DNA from: Thermoproteota archaeon
Lineage (GTDB): Archaea; Asgardarchaeota; Njordarchaeia; Njordarchaeales; Panguiarchaeaceae
Reading direction: 5' to 3'
Length of the DNA stretch: 64,000 bases
NCBI GenBank assembly: GCA_024720975.1
Contig: JANJXX010000002.1
Span: forward strand, 96,001 to 160,000
The notes under the pieces were generated by a model, which did no database searches, was not told the origin of the DNA, and was given only the letters and a program-made list of their open reading frames with translations. Of the stretch, positions 60,450 to 64,000 are shown one piece after another. A program made the position numbers and the translations under genes. Position 1 is the stretch's first letter, and every line of letters begins with the position of its first letter.

Positions 60450-61262
60450 TTAACTGTGTTCCTCCTCTTCGGACTCCTCTTTTTCTTCACTTACTGAGAT
60501 TCTTTCCTTCCATTCTTCGAAGATTTTTTTGGCTTCTTCATAGAGCTTTGCTATGCTTGGATGGTCTGCTGTTACGATTGTTGCGGGACTGTCCCTCTTA
60601 ACGTATCCTACCTCAATCTCAATCGGTGGTGATGCTGTACCAAGAGCTATTAGTATAGCTGCAATGGCGTACTTTACTGCATCATCGAATGTTAATTGCT
60701 CAGGAGAGTTCATCTTGAGAATTTCCTCTAAAAATTTCTCTCCCTTCTTTGCGTTTAGTCCTATAACGCCTGCGCGCCATGACACTGTCGAGCCTCCAGG
60801 ATCGCTGAAGAGCAAGCGGGGACCAGAAATATCAACGCCTCCCAGTATTATTGACACGCCTAGTGGCCTAAGGCCGGCGTATAAGGTTGCTTGGTGCATA
60901 ATAGAGCTTATGTATCTTGCAACAACATAAACATCCGGCTTTTCGCTGCCATATACAAATCGTAGAGATGCCGCATACTCTCGTGCATTTTCCACTAGGA
61001 ACATTCCATCTGAACTGTAACCAGCGAATGTTGCAATAATGTTGTCATCGACCTGGAAAACTTTCCTATTTGGCATAAGTAGAACAGACATTTTCCTTTT
61101 TCCTGTGATTATTACACCATCGTTGAATAGTAGACCACAACTGGGGGTTCCCGCTTCAGCCGCTTTTCGTGCATATAATACTTGCAGGATTCTTCCTCTG
61201 GGATCGAAGAGTGTTGCCGATCTATCATAGGCTGTTGCCATTCTTTCTGGTGGGAAAAACAT
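60450..61262 (-). CDS. psmA: Proteasome alpha subunit
   Basis: YDRSATLFDPRGRILQV.YA, RPLGVS, DPGG. Confidence 0.93.
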   Translation of the reverse strand: MFFPPERMATAYDRSATLFDPRGRILQVLYARKAAEAGTPSCGLLFNDGVIITGKRKMSVLLMPNRKVFQVDDNIIATFAGYSSDGMFLVENAREYAASLRFVYGSEKPDVYVVARYISSIMHQATLYAGLRPLGVSIILGGVDISGPRLLFSDPGGSTVSWRAGVIGLNAKKGEKFLEEILKMNSPEQLTFDDAVKYAIAAILIALGTASPPIEIEVGYVKRDSPATIVTADHPSIAKLYEEAKKIFEEWKERISVSEEKEESEEEEHS

Positions 61263-61615
61263 TTAATACGCACCTCATTTACCAAATATTCATACGCGCA
61301 ATCTTTTATACTTTATGTTCTCAATCAGTTGAATTGCACTAAATTGTCTTTCTTGTATTATAGCTGATTTAAACTAGAGGAAATTCTCCATTCTTGGTAC
61401 AGCATTCAAATATGTGTTTAAGATAACACAATGTTAGAATTTTACAGCAATTAACTTGGAGTCTATCTAGCAGTCTCGGCGCATCTAATCTAGTCGAAGT
61501 TTTACGGCTGAGTTAAGATACTAGTCATCCTAAAGCAAAATGCTCATTGTTAAGTATAATGCCATAATGATCCCCTCAAATTACGTGATAAAAGGATGTC
61601 ACAAGGAGTACTTTT

Positions 61616-62893
61616 ATGTCTAGAGTAGCAATCTTTGTAAGTGGCTGCTCAATGAATCAGGCCCTGGGGGAAATTATTAAGTCTCTATATCGCGATATGC
61701 TCGTTGATAGCATACAAGAGGCTGATGTGATTATCCTTAACTTGTGTGCAGTGAAAAAACCAACTGAAGATAGGGGCATATCTCTTGCACGCAAGCTAAT
61801 TAGGTCGCAAAAGAAAGTTATAATTACAGGATGTCTTGCAGAATCTGATCCAATTCGCATTAGTAAGTTAGTAAGAGGAGCGCATTTAATAAGTCTTCAG
61901 CATCTGCTTGAATTGCCGCCGGAGGAGTTTATATGCAGAATCAAGGAGGCAGAGAAACCTATAATAAGTACTGGTCTGAGACTTAACATATGCTACCCAT
62001 CAAAACGTATCCTTAGGAATCCCTTGGTGGGCATAGTTCCCATAGCGTTCGGGTGTACTAATTACTGTACGTATTGCTTAGACAAGCGAATATGGGGCTC
62101 CACAAAGAGTATACCTCCTCACATGCTGATTGACGAAGTAAGGAATCTACTTAGAAAAGGCGTTAGGGAGATCAGAATAACAGCGCATGACGTGGCAGCT
62201 TATGGGATTGATATAGGCACAAATCTAGTAGAGTTGTTAGAGAACATCCTAAAGTTTGAAGATGAGTTTATGATACGCATCGGAATGGCATCACCGAATA
62301 CCTTTAGCCAAATTGCTGATGATCTTCTTTCGCTCATGAAAGATGAGGAGCGAATATATAAGTTTATCCACATACCCGTCCAGTCGGGTTCCGATAGAAT
62401 CCTAAGGCTTATGAATAGACCATATACAATCGAAGAATACGTAGAGCTCTTCATGAAAATTAGAAAATTTTTAGGCTCAGAATCTACAATAGCAACCGAC
62501 GTAATAGTAGCATTTCCAACAGAAAGCGAAGATGATCATAAGGCAACGATACGCCTTCTCGAAGAACTTAAGCCTGATATTACAAATCTCTCTCGCTATG
62601 GAGATAGGCCAGGTTGTATGTCGTCAAAAATTAAACCTAAGATCCACAGTGCGGTAGCAAAGCGGCGATCTATTGAGTTGTTTCAAGTTATCAGGAGAAT
62701 CTCGATGGAACAAAATAAGAAATTTATAGGCAGAACTCTAAGGGTGTTATTTTTAGAAAGGCGTGGTGCCTTTCTTGGCAGAGCCTTCAATAATAGGATA
62801 GTATATGTGCAAGACATTGTTGATCTAGGAAACTTCTATTCAGCAAAAATCACAAGAGCCACTTGGAAATCGCTATATGGACGCGTCGAGTAA
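61616..62893 (+). CDS. tRNA methylthiotransferase (MtaB/MiaB-like radical SAM)
   Basis: GCSMN, NLCAVK, GCLA, CxxxCxxC, HIPVQSGS, TRAM tail. Confidence 0.92.
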   Translation: MSRVAIFVSGCSMNQALGEIIKSLYRDMLVDSIQEADVIILNLCAVKKPTEDRGISLARKLIRSQKKVIITGCLAESDPIRISKLVRGAHLISLQHLLELPPEEFICRIKEAEKPIISTGLRLNICYPSKRILRNPLVGIVPIAFGCTNYCTYCLDKRIWGSTKSIPPHMLIDEVRNLLRKGVREIRITAHDVAAYGIDIGTNLVELLENILKFEDEFMIRIGMASPNTFSQIADDLLSLMKDEERIYKFIHIPVQSGSDRILRLMNRPYTIEEYVELFMKIRKFLGSESTIATDVIVAFPTESEDDHKATIRLLEELKPDITNLSRYGDRPGCMSSKIKPKIHSAVAKRRSIELFQVIRRISMEQNKKFIGRTLRVLFLERRGAFLGRAFNNRIVYVQDIVDLGNFYSAKITRATWKSLYGRVE

Positions 62894-62959
62894 TTTCACT
62901 GGTGTGGTTTTTAAATTAGAGCTGAGTTTTATCCCTGTCATTAATATAGGATTCTAGAG

Positions 62960-64000
62960 TTAGTCTTCTGGCACCAGAAGCCATGGAATTTCGCAAATGC
63001 TGTCTACGAAAAATAGCTTTGTTGGTATGCCTGTAGATAAATCTATTTTCAGTTTGCCCACTAAGCATAGTTCCTTGCCGAGAAGTTTCTGCAAAAGGAG
63101 TTGAGTATCGATCGTATTGGAGGTAATCCCAAGTTTTTTCAGCTCTGATATGGGTACTATTCCAGTTTTCTCAGAGAAACCATCATCAATAGTTATTGAA
63201 GCAACATTTTTTTCATCAACATACCCAGAATGGCCCATCTCACAAATTTGCTTAGCTGGATTAATTATTAAGCCACCACACTTTTTGCAAAACTGCATCT
63301 TTCCGATCCACTCGATTCCTGTTACTGTTCCAATAATGCGAGATTGCTTGCCGAGGCTTAGATCATCGAGTGTCTTAACTCTCTCTACTTGATTACTAGA
63401 AGGTGCTCTTGCATATTCAAATTCTCTTGCGATTACATCAAATTGTGTGGATGGTGTTGATAGCAATACCAACGTGTCTTCATCCCCTTTAGATCGCTCA
63501 ACACGCACGTTTGTTATCTTCACCAGTGCATTTAAATAGTCCTTAGCATGTTTGAAGTTCTCTGAGTCCCATACCAGCATCTTCAATGTCTTAGTTCCAT
63601 CTGTTAATTTTAAAACCCCATAAAGTTTTCTGCTCTTAACTTCCTCAGCGCCAACAATTTTGCATATTACGTTTACGTAGGTATTTTGACTAATTGCATG
63701 AAAGCTTGTAACTACTGGTCGAGCTACAAGCAGTTTTGGCGTACCTTCGTCACTGGCAATCTCCAGGTAGCCACTGCTCCTATGTACATGTATTTTTAGT
63801 TGATCGCCGGAGAACTCCAGCATACCGAATATTGTTAATCTATCCTCAGCTCGTATCCTAGCTAGATCTTCCAAAAAATTCTCATTCCAGACAAGTACCC
63901 TTACTCTAGTGCCGTCTTGCAAATTACCAACGAGAATAGCATATCTACCAGTTTGGCCATTTTTCTCATATGTACCGAATCTAGGAGGGCTTCTTATAAC
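62960..64000 (-). CDS. RPA-like multi-OB-fold ssDNA-binding protein (5' end outside window)
   Basis: Repeated L.DGT..VLVW OB motifs and a CKKC...C..H Zn finger in the last OB. The frame stays open to the window edge. Confidence 0.75.
   Translation of the reverse strand, partial: VIRSPPRFGTYEKNGQTGRYAILVGNLQDGTRVRVLVWNENFLEDLARIRAEDRLTIFGMLEFSGDQLKIHVHRSSGYLEIASDEGTPKLLVARPVVTSFHAISQNTYVNVICKIVGAEEVKSRKLYGVLKLTDGTKTLKMLVWDSENFKHAKDYLNALVKITNVRVERSKGDEDTLVLLSTPSTQFDVIAREFEYARAPSSNQVERVKTLDDLSLGKQSRIIGTVTGIEWIGKMQFCKKCGGLIINPAKQICEMGHSGYVDEKNVASITIDDGFSEKTGIVPISELKKLGITSNTIDTQLLLQKLLGKELCLVGKLKIDLSTGIPTKLFFVDSICEIPWLLVPED

Overview
Gene-dense, AT-rich archaeal chromosomal window, mostly housekeeping genes. 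Replication: PolB1, PolD DP2, PriS, DnaG and an RPA-like OB-fold protein. Transcription: Rpo5, Rpo7, Rpo12, Spt4 and TFB. Also translation and RNA-processing genes, the proteasome, SucCD, a POR operon and three tRNAs. PolB1 with PolD, a eukaryote-like STT3, a TRAP-beta-like protein, a full-length RPB5-like Rpo5 and a UFM1-like protein together suggest an Asgard or Asgard-adjacent lineage (inference). Main findings: (1) a UFM1-like modifier with a short tail after a single Gly, encoded directly upstream of a JAMM/MPN+ protease; (2) a probable replication origin with two ORB boxes, about 14 GTGAA/TTCAC repeats and a strand-skew switch, with no cdc6 neighbour but flanked by two divergent winged-helix genes; (3) a stand-alone PglZ-domain protein; (4) a tRNA-Asp with a 12-nt non-canonical intron; (5) an intergenic C/D-box sRNA; (6) an isolated A-ATPase subunit A gene that appears to start at ATT. 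All family calls come from motif recognition by eye, not database searches.
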